Positions 43,323 through 60,275 of a DNA stretch of 64,000 nt are shown one piece after another (position 1 is the first letter of the stretch; every line of letters starts with the position of its first letter). The notes under the pieces were generated by a model that saw only the letters and a program-made list of their open reading frames with translations, was not told where the DNA came from and ran no database searches. A program made the translations under genes and the position numbers. Source of the stretch: the human T2T-CHM13v2.0 reference genome, Homo sapiens. The DNA lies in assembly GCF_009914755.1 (NCBI RefSeq), contig NC_060931.1, one strand, 5' to 3'.

Positions 43323-46300
43323 TACTCTCTTTATATATTTTATATATTCATACATACATAAATATGTATACCCATACACACACATCTTCCTTTCTCTTTT
43401 ATTATAATAGGGGTGTTTTTGAAATTGGGTTATTAATTTTAATGTTTCTCAGAATATCCTGAAATAAAAAAAGAATGTGATCCAGAAATAACAAATTTTA
43501 ACATAAGGGACTCTGCTCTATGAAATAAAGTATTTTGGGGTATACTTTCCAGATGCATAATCTATTTTTGTGATCATAAATACCATATTTTATATAGCAG
43601 ATATAAAGGTTCAGATGGGTAAAGCATACTTCAATGTCTATGAGTAAATTAATACAAAATATGAAGAAAAAGTGTTTCATTTTCTTTGTCATATTAAAAT
43701 AGGCACAGACATGCCATGCTATTTACAGAATCTGAAATCAAATTCTCAAATTTTCCTTTTATTCCATAGTATATTTTGGGGGGAGGATAAGGAAGCATTG
43801 GATAATCACAATGTTAAAATATGGTAAAACATGGAATCTAACATAAAAAGTAATTTTGTCCATGAGCTTTTAGGTTTACATTTTTTGTCAATTTTATCTT
43901 CTTTTTAAACTGTATGTTACATTACAAATACTGAAATTGCATCATTAAATCACATTTTTTCTTCTTTTATATGTCAGTTACCTATTGAGAACAGATGTTA
44001 TCTCTACACATTAATGCTTACTCTGAAGTCATATACTGTAAGCTTAATGTACTGAAAAAAGAAAGAAATAAAAATGTCATCATATTTTAGCTGAAAGTAA
44101 AGTTTCATCAAAATGATATTATAAACATATAAAATTAAAGCAAAAAATATAATGACCTAATAACACATCTACAGATTTCTTGGACATTAAGAGATATACT
44201 AAAAAGAATTGACAATGTATTTCCCTCAGTATGAAATCTCTGCTTATTATCTGCTTGATCTACACAGTTAAGATAAGTCAGACCAAATTTCTGTTCAACT
44301 CAAGTGATGTCAGTTTTTAAAGTGGTAAAATGGCTCTGCATTTACTCTTAATAAAAAAAGTCTTATTTTCTTTTTTATACAACAGATATGGTGTTTTCAA
44401 ATAAATTTTACTAGTAATTGTAAGATGGTATGAATCTGTATTATTTTTACCCATTCAATTTTTACTTCCCCTTCCATTTCTTTTCCTATACCCCCATTCC
44501 CTTAAGTTGCAAGCATTTTGAATAGATTATTTTAGGAGAATTTTCAAAAGAAAAAAATATGTCATTAAATAACAGTAAATAAGTGCTCTACTTTATGTTA
44601 AGTCATATGCACAATGGGTTTTATTCTGCCAAACACGGATAGAGAAAAAAATAGCACTGCAGAAATTTTTCTGCCTTTGGGGTGGAGGAAAGTACCTATT
44701 CTGTCAATTATTTCATTTTTTTTCATTATGGTCCAAGAAAGAAGAATTTAATGCTTTTTTAGATGTGAATTACAAATGTCATATTTTCTGAGTCCATGTG
44801 TTATGTATGCCCCACACGCAGAACAAATAGTTGTATAATTGGTGTTTTTAAGAACATGGAAGAGATAAGTATACTTAAGTCACTAAATTTGGGTCATTTC
44901 TACAAAAATGATATGAAAATATGGTATCATTCTTCATATTATAATAGATTTTATTCGCCCAACTAAGTCATAAAATCAGTTTTTCTCCTATTTCAACTTC
45001 TTCAGAATGGAATACAGCATCTGCATACCAGACCTTCATGACTAGATGAGAACACAGATTATTTCCAGTTAGGATTCTCTGGGAAATTAAGTATACAGAA
45101 TGGAATTCTCTAAATCAGAATGTTCATAATATGAGAGTAAAAACTGCTTTGACCAGAAACCAAGTCTCTTGTGTTTCACAAGTTTAGTTTAACAAAAACA
45201 AAGCTGCTTTTGAAATCCTGAGCTCTGCTCAATTTCTCAGCTGTTTTGTAGCATACTATGATTTCATTCATTCAATAAACTAGAGATGAAGGCCATATTA
45301 AAGTACAGATACACCTTTTCTCTGACCAAAATACATGTTCCTCCTCTAAGCCTTGGACTATCACTGTGATTTTGTATTACTTACAATAATACATCTATTA
45401 CATATTATACACCCACTGAGTCTTCAGTTATGTAGGAAAAATTCATCATCAACACAGGAAATACACAAACACATAATTGTATCCTTTAGTAAAATATCAA
45501 CTGCACAGAGAAAGAAGAGTGCATTTCTTAAGGTCTAAATTTACGTAACTAACATTCACAAGAGTGAGAAGAGGTTGATACTGTAATAATGGGATAATCA
45601 GAACCTACATAACTCTTTTACAAAAATCCCCTAATTTATCAACTCAACAACTAACTTCTATATTACTCTCATCAGTAATTTCTCAGTCTAATCTATTTTT
45701 ATAATCTGATCAAGGGCCCACATCATATTGTTCCCACTTGGAAAAAATTATGTTTGCTCAATTCAGACAATCAAACCTAAAGAGAAAACTGAAGGAAATT
45801 AAAAAATATATAAGCCTGAGTTAATGTTGTAATAAAAGACCGAGAAGAAAAGATCTATTTGTAAGTGCCTGAGAATGTAATTTCTTAACACATATTCCTT
45901 GGCCAATAAAATGTGAAGAACATGTTGATCTGATGAGCCCGTGGCCTTCATAATGCTATTTTTGGAAAATAAATGGAAATATCGTATACTGAAAGGAAAT
46001 ATCTTGGAAAAATTCTCCAGAAACTGCTTTAACAAGAAATAGAAACATTATACTAATCTTTGCTACATGTCTAACTCATGAATTGTATTTTAGAGACTTC
46101 ATTTATCCATAGTGCACAATAAATAGTACAGATATTTGAATATTAAAAGTATTGTTTTCCTTCTGAAAATTATTTTAGTGTTTTATTTTGAAAATTATTT
46201 TGAAATTTTTTGGAAAATTACTTTAATGGGTAGGGATTTGGATTATATTAATATTATAGTATATGCAACACACTGATTTTAATTTTCCCTTATTAAAAGG

Positions 46301-46995
46301 TAATTTAGTGGTTATGACAGCTAATTATTTATTATAACTAAATGCAAATTAATTTTACTTTTTTTAAAGTATATCCAATAATGAAATCCAAAATTACCCT
46401 TCATTAACTCATTCTAATTTCAAGAGTATAAATAGCACTCTACTTTTTAACATATTGTATATTATAAGAAAATGGTGTGGACCTTACAAGTGAAATTTAC
46501 CTACATATTTAAGTATAAAAGATTCTGAAATTTGTTTCTCTAATTATAAGCAGTGATTTAGTAGCAGCCTATCAAATAAATAGAAATTGAATTCCATAAA
46601 GTAAAACCGAATCATTATGAAATCCAAAGCTTTACAATATGCATTTTAGTAAGAAAATATGCAGTTTGAAAAGCCTGTGATATTTTTGTTTTTTTGATAT
46701 AAAGTAAACTTGGTACATACTAGGAAGTCTATAAAAGGATTTCAATTAGGTCATTAAGTTTTGACAATTAATTTTGAATTGTTCTCTATTTAAGTAAATA
46801 TAAATATACCTCCATTTAAGTAAATATGACTATAAATACAGAAAAAAATTACAACATTATGAATCGTGGTTTAAAAATGATAAAATAATTTAGTTTTGAT
46901 AAGCCTGTACAATGATATTTAAGTTTTTACTATTTTGAAAATATGCTAGGTTCTAAAATTCCACTTATACGTGATGTGCTGCAAGTTAAAAAAAA

Positions 46996-47008
46996 GTTGC
47001 TAGGCAAC
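46996..47008. promoter_or_regulatory. Consensus RFX X-box GTTGCTAGGCAAC
   Basis: Motif match only; no functional evidence. Confidence 0.4.
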
Positions 47009-47125
47009 CTTTAATGACCACACAAAGCAGCTATAGTATCAATATTGATTAAGTCCATCTGAGCACCACACACACTAAATAAGTTGGCACATTTTTCTCT
47101 AATTTATGTTGATAAACTAATTTCT

Positions 47126-50536
<3,411 letters not shown>

Positions 50537-50809
50537 TAAACTAATTTCTAAACAGACAAACAAAATCCTTGCTTTGCTAGATCTGGAAGGTGTTACATTT
50601 AAGCAGATTATAGTTTTAAAACTATTAGCACATTTTTTACTTACCCAAAGCCTTGTAGCATGTCAAGACGAGTGTAGTATACAATCTATTATACAAGATG
50701 CTGCTAATGTGCAGAGTATTCTTAAATTAGCTCAGTGTCAAAGGGGAATAGAGTAAACCATACATTTTGGCCAGCTATCCCTACTAACAGCAATTGTTTA
50801 AAACCTACA

Positions 50810-50917
50810 TTTTTTATTTATTTTTTATTTTTTTTGAGAGTGTCTCGCTGTGTCACCCAGGCTGGAGTGCAGTGGCATGATCTTGGCTCACTGCAACCTC
50901 TGCCATGCCAGGTTCAA
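50810..50917 (-). mobile_element. Truncated Alu right-arm fragment
   Basis: T-rich tail then gtctcgctgtgtcacccaggctggagtgcagtgg...ggttcaa. Confidence 0.9.
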
Positions 50918-52059
50918 ATGCAAAGTCTACAAATTTAAACAACACTCTACAAATCTACTTTCAGGAATTAAAATTTAACTTAAAATTTAAAATATACAGG
51001 TAAAAATGTTATTTTAAAAACTATGTTATCAAGAATTCAAAATTAGTTTAATATTCAATTTTCCATTTTTTTCTGTTGAATACTTGAAAATGTTTTACAG
51101 CTTCAAATGCTTACTATAAATTTTATTGTGAGAGATAAGATTTTAACAGACTTCATTGACTTTGGGAAAAATAAGCTAGTTTTCACAACTTCCAGAAGGG
51201 AACAATGGCTGAGTTTCACTGGAGATTCTGATCCAAAGACGAGAGAGACAAACCAGGAACATGTTCTCATGAAGTGCTGAGAATGTTTCTAAGAAGTACA
51301 GCTAATAAACTTCAATAAATTTTAAGATTTGTAAGACTTATATTGAATGGAAGAAATGATGCAAAATAGAAACCAGTTATTATAATATTCCTGAACAAGG
51401 GAAAGAAATAAATAAAGGAAAAATAAGAAAACTGAAATAAAAATGGAAAACGGAAAGCTATTGCAAGGTAGAGGAAATTCTACTACTCAGCTATGGAGCA
51501 ATGTTTATAATGCAAATAAATATATCTATCCTTATCGAACATGGGAGTTAGATTTTCTAAATATAAAGCAATATTCTATTGAAAGAAAATGGATAGATGG
51601 ACACCATTAGGGAGAACGAGTAATATAAAATAAGAGTCAAGGGAAGACTCCTAATTACTAATGATACCCTAATTACAATGAATCTTATGACATAGACAAG
51701 GAACTTAAGCCTTCTGGAAAAGTACATTGAACTAGGGGAATTTTAAAAAGTCTATTGCTAATTCATATAAATACTAATGACATAATTAAAAGGGTCAGAG
51801 AAGCATCTTTATGGGTAGGCCAGGGAAGTTAACTGAAGGACTCTGCAGAGGAGACGGTGTCCTTCATTTTCATTACTTCCTGTGTAAAGGATCCGAGAAG
51901 AGAGAACTGCAGGGTGAACTCGGCTCTAGGCTCTCTCTTATTCTATTTCTATGATAGTTTTTTGAATTCTTGAAAACAGATTATAGCTTTCAGTTGTTTT
52001 TCTTTGGTTTTTAAAATTACTCTAAGTATAGATATTAATGTTGCTCATATAGTTTTGTA

Positions 52060-52420
52060 TGGTATATTTAGTGGTTAAGAAAGAGAGGTCTGAAAACAAT
52101 CTCTCTAAGATAAACAGTCTTCCTTCATGACTAAATAATTGGATGACCTTGGCCAGTCGTGGTGGCTCACAACTGTTGTAAACTTGAGAACAGGAGTTTA
52201 AGACCAACCTGGGCAATGTACTGAGAACCCCATGCTAAATAAATAAATAAATAAATAACCTTGAATAAATTCTTAATTTCTCCCAGATTCAGTTACCATA
52301 TTTATAAAATAGCAAAAATAACAGTAACAACATCACAGTGGTGTTGAGATAACTAAAGGCAATAATTCTCAATTTCAACCATACAATAAATGTTCAACGA
52401 TTGTTAATTTTATTATCATT
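52060..52420 (+). mobile_element. MIR interrupted by an Alu monomer
   Basis: tagtggttaaga...tgacctt|...|ccttgaataaattcttaa...catcacagtggtgttgag. Confidence 0.6.
52151..52255 (+). mobile_element. Internally deleted FLAM/Alu left monomer with (TAAA)n tail
   Basis: ggccagtcgtggtggctcac...caggagtttaagaccaacctgggcaa; TSD-like atgacctt/ataacctt. Confidence 0.75.
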
Positions 52421-53792
52421 ATTCAGGGTTTTTATAGTTTCATCGTCAATATTGGAAGACATTTTTGGAAACTTGTTCTAAAAACATCAGAGAGATTCAG
52501 CACACTTTTTGCTAGAGTTGAATAACAATGAATGACGGTGAGCAAAGGCAAATATGTCACTGTAAAATCATTATTGTACTTTGTAATCTTATCCTTCAAT
52601 TATGGCTTCTTGTAAAACTTTACAACTTTAAGTTTGATATGGTTCAGAACATATGAAATCCCTTTCTATATTTATAGTAGAATAACTATTGTTAACTATT
52701 TGTGTTTACATAATTACATGGAACTCCAGGATTTTTACTGATAATTTTATGGTAACATCCATTTTCTAATGTTAAGGATGTATGTAAGAGTATGGGAAGG
52801 CAGAATAAAGATAAAAATGTAATTCAAATAATAAACACAAAGTAATTGTCATAATATATAGGACTATGGGCTACTCCACAGTAGGACTGAGTAGACTCTA
52901 TCTAGAGCCCTGCTCTATGTCTGCAAAAAGCAGTGCTCATTCATTGATCCAAGTTTGGAAATATGCTACAGATCTAATGGATGAAGAAAAAATGGGGAAT
53001 TTACAAAGTAAACAGCAGTATGGGAGTATATTACTGTACAACTAGCTAGAGCAGGAAATAGATGATATGCCCTGATCCAGATCACCATCCTGCCTCAGAA
53101 GCTAAAGTAGCAAGGGAAGAGTTAGTTTACGGACATCTGCTGAAATTCTCTTTCAGCAAAATCACATCATCTGACAAATTCCTGACACACCTTATTTAAA
53201 ATTCTATGCATCAAAGATAAAGGAAATGAATTATTTGGAGAACAGCTATTCTGGACCTAATTCCAAACCAACAAAGAACTGATTCATTAAGTGAGAGAAA
53301 TAGAAATCCTGAGAGAAAACAGTTCAGTGATCTAAAGTTTCATGACAGTTCAGGAGATAGAGACTAGATTGTCACTGCTTTTTCACTCTCGGACATTCGA
53401 AAATATATACCCAGGTGCCTTTGCCTTAAAGGCAAGTGCTGATTATTTTTGGTGCATGTTCTTTCAATTTTTCACCCCAGTTCTTTAAAAACAAAAGTTT
53501 TAACAGCTTTCTTTAGATCTATATCTATCTATAAAATATCTATACAGATTTAATTGACCTAAGATTTTTAATTTTGTATTTTTTGCCTTCAATTTTATAA
53601 CACAAACATGTTTCCACTTAATTATGTGGAATTGGCCTATTGTGAATGGCTTCAGTACAATAAACTTTATGGTTTAGACAAATTGTGATTGTAACTTTCA
53701 CAACTATTCTGCTCCTCTTCTATAGCAGCTGTGCTCTTTTTGTGATATTGTTATCAATTCCAGCTCCCTGTATAGTCCTGATTGGTCTAGGC

Positions 53793-54284
53793 CAATCTTT
53801 CTCATAGTGTGATCTAGGGAACTCTAAGCTTCCTTAAGAACTTTTCAGGGGCTCTGCAAGGTCAACATTACTTTTAAAATAATATTAGGATATAAGCTGT
53901 TTCTTCCCCTTTCATTCTCTTGTGAGTGTACTGTGCAGTTTTCCAGAGGCTACAGATGAGTGCCATCACCACAGATTGAAAGCAGATGCAGGTATGAGAA
54001 CCCATCTATTTAGCCAGATGTTATGGAGATGTTCAAAAATAATGAAACAATGGTACTTGCTCACTAATTCATTTTGTTTTGAAAATATATCTTCATTAAC
54101 ATATGTATTGGTTAACATATGATTTATTATAGTTGTTAAATGACATAATAAATATATATTATAAAATATCTGTTTTAATTTCCAGTACAGTAAATACTGA
54201 TAAACATAAACAAAACCTTTTAGGAACCTCAGTGATTTTTTAAGAATGTAACTAGATTCTGAAATCAATAAGTTTCATATACTG
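53793..54284. mobile_element. Charlie1b-like hAT element
   Basis: gagtgtactgtgcagttttccagaggctaca...acagattgaaagcaga...cataaacaaaa match the recalled consensus. Confidence 0.8.
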
Positions 54285-55399
54285 ACATAATCCTTAGTCA
54301 TATTCCCTTAAAACATTCCCTGAAAACACCTTGTACATTGGCCTTAAAGAAACAAAATACAGAGACACAAATATATAAAACGATTTTTTCAAATAAAACT
54401 TTTAATTGTGTTATTAAGTATTTACTTCTTAATTCAATTTCATCATTCAAGCTTAGAAATCCATCACCCTTTTGGATTACAGCTGTATTTATTTATTTTT
54501 TTAGAATTTAAAAAATCATTTGAATTTTTACATTTAATTATTTCAGCCACAAAAAGTATATTGTTATATTGCACAATAAACTAAATATTTATTACCCAGA
54601 ATGTATTTTGTTATGTGACATGGGAACCTAAGCATTTATTGTACTTCCAAATAGCAAAAAACAATTTTCTACTTGCATTACCATGCTGTCACTTTATTTC
54701 AATTAATTATAGATTAGAGGCAAAATTTATTTTATAAGAAAAGGGGAAAAGTAACCAAAAGTAACATTTGGAACTAAAAGAAGTTAGTAAATTCAGAATA
54801 AACTGTGCAGGTCAGGCAGGCCCTGAGGCCGTAGAGAGACTGAGGAGTGAGAGAAAAAAGAACAAGAGAAAAAAAAAAAAAGAGGTGGAACTGTAGAATT
54901 GTTTGCATTCTTGTAACCTCAAGAATGAGAGCAGTTAAAAACACAGAATGCATCTGACCAAATAAAGGTACAATTCTTGATCAAAGCTGCATGGTGCATT
55001 AACTCTATTCCCAGCTGTCCAGCAATAGGACCCTGCCTTACCATTACCTTGTGGTTATGGCACTACAAAGGGAATAAAAAAAAATATGACAATTAAATAA
55101 TAATAATTAGGAATAGTAATATAGGAGATAAAGTCAATTCAATCCTGTAGGGAGAATTGAGGGGTGTTTGGGTGGGGTTTATGCCACAGGAAAATAAATG
55201 ATGTTGTGACAAGGAGAAATAGTTACAAAAGTCTACGTGCCAGAGAGAACATTATCTTACCCAGTTTACTCAAGTACTCATGTTTGGAAAGAACTATCAT
55301 ATATATTAAAAGTTTGGAACCAATAAAAGATGTTCTTTTGGTGCCTTTATGGTTCAGAATAGTCTAGGTATAAGTGCTTTGTTTGAGCTCTCTCTCTGC

Positions 55400-55540
55400 A
55401 TTTATTTTATAATGCCCACTCTATACTTGAAATAGAGGCTGAAAGTGTATTACTTGTTCAGTGTCACAGAGCTCATAGGTATTGAATGCAGGATTCAAAC
55501 CCTCATCTCTCTTTGTCTCCAAAATTAATTCTCTAAATGA
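55400..55540 (-). mobile_element. MIR fragment
   Basis: gaggctga...acttgttcagtgtcacagagct...caggattcaaaccc. Confidence 0.6.
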
Positions 55541-58500
55541 GTTCTTCACTTTTGCGAAGACTTCTTTCTCAAAGTAAATATGACTGTATCTCATACTGTA
55601 TTATTATTATTTTTTCCACTGATCTGCTTGTTTAAACTGGTAACCACATTTTTAATATGCTGACTTCTAGTTATTTATTATTCATCATATTAACACTTTT
55701 ATATTCTTACTTTTTTTTGCTGCAACAACTTCAAAATCACTCTGATGTTAGTCTTAAGTGAATTTTTATGTTTAACATATTTCTATTTACAACCAAATCT
55801 AGACACAATCTGATATTGAGAACTGCATGAATATCACAAGATAATTATTCTAAGAGATTGTGAATAGATAACTCATCTACAATAAATAACATGAGTTTAA
55901 CTAATATTTAAATATTTTATCTTAAGTTAAATTATAACATTTAAATTATATCATAATTTACATTTGAGTAATTATAACATGGTTATGAAAACATAAACTA
56001 AAAAAAGTGGAGACACTACTTTTTAACTAAATGATTTAAATATCACATTTGTCAATAAGGAAAAACAAAGGCATTTGTACTACCTCTGAAAAGCTTTCAT
56101 TAAACCTGTCACAGACAGACACATTATTATTTTTATAAAAGACTCTTGACCTGTCTATATGTCAAAGACCTCCTTCTCCATTAATTTTTTTACTTCACTT
56201 TACCCCCTCTGATTTAATTTTATGTTAGCCAACATAGTACACTTGCTTCAGAAATGAAAACTTACAACATCATATATTTACTGTGAACCTAGTAGTAGGT
56301 TCCACAGACCTGAAGTAGGCCCACGAAATACATTTTCAACTAAAGCAGAAATATATCATCCCATTATAAAGGTGACAGTATAATGGAGAAACTTAAGCAT
56401 CAAACAAATAATTACAATTGTAATAAGTGGTACAGTAATATAATATTAAAATTATAAATGATGATGACATGATCAGTATTCATTTACTAAAACAGTAAAT
56501 TACTCCTTTTTATCAATCTGCTATAATCAAGTTTCTAAGCAAACCACTGTAGTGGAAAATGGATTCTTGCTAACTAATTCTCACTTCATCCTCTGTGATT
56601 CCGTGCTACACTAAAGCATACTACAACCATACTTTACACTCAATCAAGGAAGAACATGGAACACATACTCTTTCTGCCTTAATAGGTGAGCACTCCAAGG
56701 CAGAATTACTTAAGTCTCCCCAAGAGATTCACTTGGTTCATCCATAAACAACAACTGAGAAAAGGCCTTTCTGTGCAACAAAAATCCACATGTCATTTTC
56801 TGAGGTGTTTTAAAGTGATAGGCATACTAGTGGTAAATTGCTATTCCAACACTAACCATATAAAAAAGATATTCAAATCTAGCTACTTGGTTATGCAGGA
56901 TTTTTTTTCTTGTGCTCTCACTTGATTCTATAGGCAGATGTCTGAGAGTTTGTTCCAGCAATTCAATGTTCTAAAGAATTTGCATACACTAAAATGCCTT
57001 TAATCTTAAAAAAAAAAAACCTTAATTTTTGAATAAATTGAGGTGCAGAGAATTTAAGCAACATGTTCAGGGGCTTGACCATTTATATATGACATATGTC
57101 TCTGAATCTGATTCATAGACAGTTCAATTAATGTCCTCAAGTAAGGGTCAGCAAGGCCCCTCTAGGAATTGGGGCTAGAGTAGAAGTAAGAAAGACATTT
57201 TCTAATAAAAAATAAACGTATAGGTGAGATGTGGAATTACCAATTATGAATATATGTCCACAATGTAGTTTAATTACTTAATTTTTCATCTTAAAGAAAG
57301 AGGCAAACAAATGCTACTTGATTTAATTCAGGTTATATGCCATTGCCTTAAAAGGAAGTATTATTAAAGTAGGCCAGTGGATCCTCAAAAATAATCTACA
57401 TAATTTGTTTATGTCTTTAAGAATCCTAAATATATTTAAAGAGCTAATGTATGTGCATAATTAAAATACCGCTTCTTAAGAAAAAAATCGCCAAACAATA
57501 GTTTTGCCAAATATTTCTCTTGATATTCAAATGACAGATTTGCCACAGATGATCAGAAAAGATGGTGATCTAGTATAGCTCCACACAGCTCTTCCAGTTA
57601 CTTCAGAGAAAGAAGACTGGATGTGAGTTGAGGCTTAACAAGAGCCTAAGATTTTGATAGGACTTGCAGAGAGAAAACATTTCAGACAGGAATAATGGAA
57701 TGAAAAAGGCAGATAGGTGAGAAAGCAAGACTTGCATTTGGAATAATGAGTAGACCTATATATATAGGTAGAGGCAGATCCGGTTGAAGATAAAGATGGA
57801 AATGAAACTATGAAAAAAATCTCAAAAAGTAAGCTAAAGAAACTGCACTGAATTCTTTGGAGTGTCAAAAAATTTCCCTTAGTCAAATCTACAATTCTGT
57901 TTATTTAAAAGAATCTTGAAGAAATCTTAGCTTTATAAAATATTGTACCTTCTGATGGACACATTCAGTAAATACATAATAATTTTATAAATATTCTATG
58001 CTAATTACTAAATATAGAAACATCACAAAAGTAGAAGTAATGCTTTCAAGGATGTTGTAACTTGAGTACATAAGTGAGCACAATGTAATGTTATAGGTGC
58101 TATAGAAATTAAATTTATAACATAAAATATTTAAGCTCACTTATAGATAACCCATGGTATTTCTAAAAATAGGTTATAAGCTTCAAAAATTCTATTTTTC
58201 TTTACAACTTTAAAAATGGTCTGCAGATTCATTCACCATAATGTTAGTAAATCTTGCTTAACAAAACAGTGAGCTTCTGAAAAGAACTCAGTTTTTTTTA
58301 TGAAATTTAATCCTTTATTTTGTATGCAATCCAGTAGAAAGTGACCCGCATGTCACAACCACTTATGGATATAAATCATTGTCATCTTTGATGAGTTGTA
58401 ATTAAAAACATGTTATTTATCTTTGTAATGAGGTTTACAAGGATAAAGATAATTTTAAAAGCAAGGTAGTTATTTTATGCATCACTTAAAAATTATATCA

Positions 58501-59647
58501 GTAGGTCAGAATTTTGGTTTGGCTTTATAGTTTTATGTTATTGTTTTAATGTACTGTATAATGTATTTATACAGTACAAATATAGTATATACATATAAAC
58601 ATACTGGCCATATAATGACCAAAGTAAGATAAATTTAAAGCAAAAGATGAACAAAAATAAGCATCTTACCTAAATGACTAATAGTTTCTAACAATTATTA
58701 TTATAATTAACATATAAAATGCATGTTAATTCTATATAAGTAATATATACAATTTATCTCACCTTGATTATTATATAGCAAGTGTGTATGTATACAGATA
58801 CACATATACAATATATAGACACACATATTCACTATATATATCTAGCATAAATATATACACAAAAACACATATATAGGCTATATAATATCAAGTGTAAGAT
58901 AAAGTTATATATAACTTGTATACATTTGTGTATGCATAAGTCACTGGATTTTATATCAATCATGAATCTTCAGTATAGATTTTCCATCAAATATATATCC
59001 AGCCCAAAAACTGCAGATCTCACTAGATCACAATGTTAATTCATCTCATTGGGAATTAGTATATTGATGTTTTCACTGGAAACAATAAACTCATGTTGCC
59101 AAAACTGAATCCCAGTGGAAATCAAAAATATAGAGATGGACAGATAAAATACACAAATCTATATCTGGAGTCCAGGCAAAACTTCAAACCAACTTAGAGC
59201 CAGACATTTTATGAATTTGGGATGTCTGGAATCTTTCTTATAAATATGTATTTTAATATCCTGTGTTCTGTATGGACTTATCCCTAATACACCAAAGTGC
59301 ATTATTATCTTTCTTTGGAACCAAGCAGAAGAATCATTTTTAGTCATTCCAAAGTTAATAATGAGCTGTTGAAAGTGACTTTTGGAATTCAACGTACTTT
59401 TTTTTCCATCAGTTTTGTAACTTCAAGTGACAAGAACAAAGGCGATACTGTTTATCACTATTTCATAAATAGAAACTGAAATGTAGCTTGTTTAAGAGAG
59501 TTGCCATGAAGTGACAGACTTGGTACGAAAGAAGAATCTAGTCTTCAGATGATTATATTGAACAGTCTTTTTAAGAAATATATTCAACCCCCAAATTCTG
59601 CAGACCAGGAAAGACAACACATTCCTAACCTAGTTGTTTGTAAATGT

Positions 59648-60275
59648 TAATTCATTTATTCAAAATAGATTAGTTGAGCATCTAGTATATTTCAGGTGAA
59701 AATCTAGGTACTGTTTATAAAATGGTGAACAAAACAAAGACTCACAGGTATGCCATTTTAGAAAGAGGTGACAGGTATTAAATATATATTTATATATATA
59801 ATAAAAATAACATCACATTGTATTAGTAATTAGTAAATTAATATTTTTATATGAATGAAAATTAGTAATATAAATATTACTAATTTTCTTTCAGATCATG
59901 GTGAGATAATTATCAACTGAGATGATTCAGAAATGCAGCTAGGTAGAGGCTGGACCTGTTATTTAAAGGACATATAAGCTTTTGTCAAGATGGAAAGTCA
60001 TACCAAATAGGAAAGGAAGCTGCAAAAACAAAGGTAAGGATGTAGACTGCTTTTGGAATTGTGGATTGAATGAATAGGTTAACCTGATTGAAGCGCAAAA
60101 TTTTAATGGGCATAAGTAGGAGAAAACCTTAAAGAGGTAGAATGGGACCAGATTCTTGAGAACTTGGAATAGCAATCTTAGGAACTAGTAACTTATTCTG
60201 CAGGCAAAGGAAGCAATTGCTGGTTTTGAGTATAGGCATAAACTGATAAAAGAAGTTGTGTTTAAGAATTTATAG
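59648..60275 (-). mobile_element. L2 fragment
   Basis: attcatttattcaaa...ttgagcatcta...tggtgaacaaaacaa; acttattctgcaggcaa. Confidence 0.55.
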
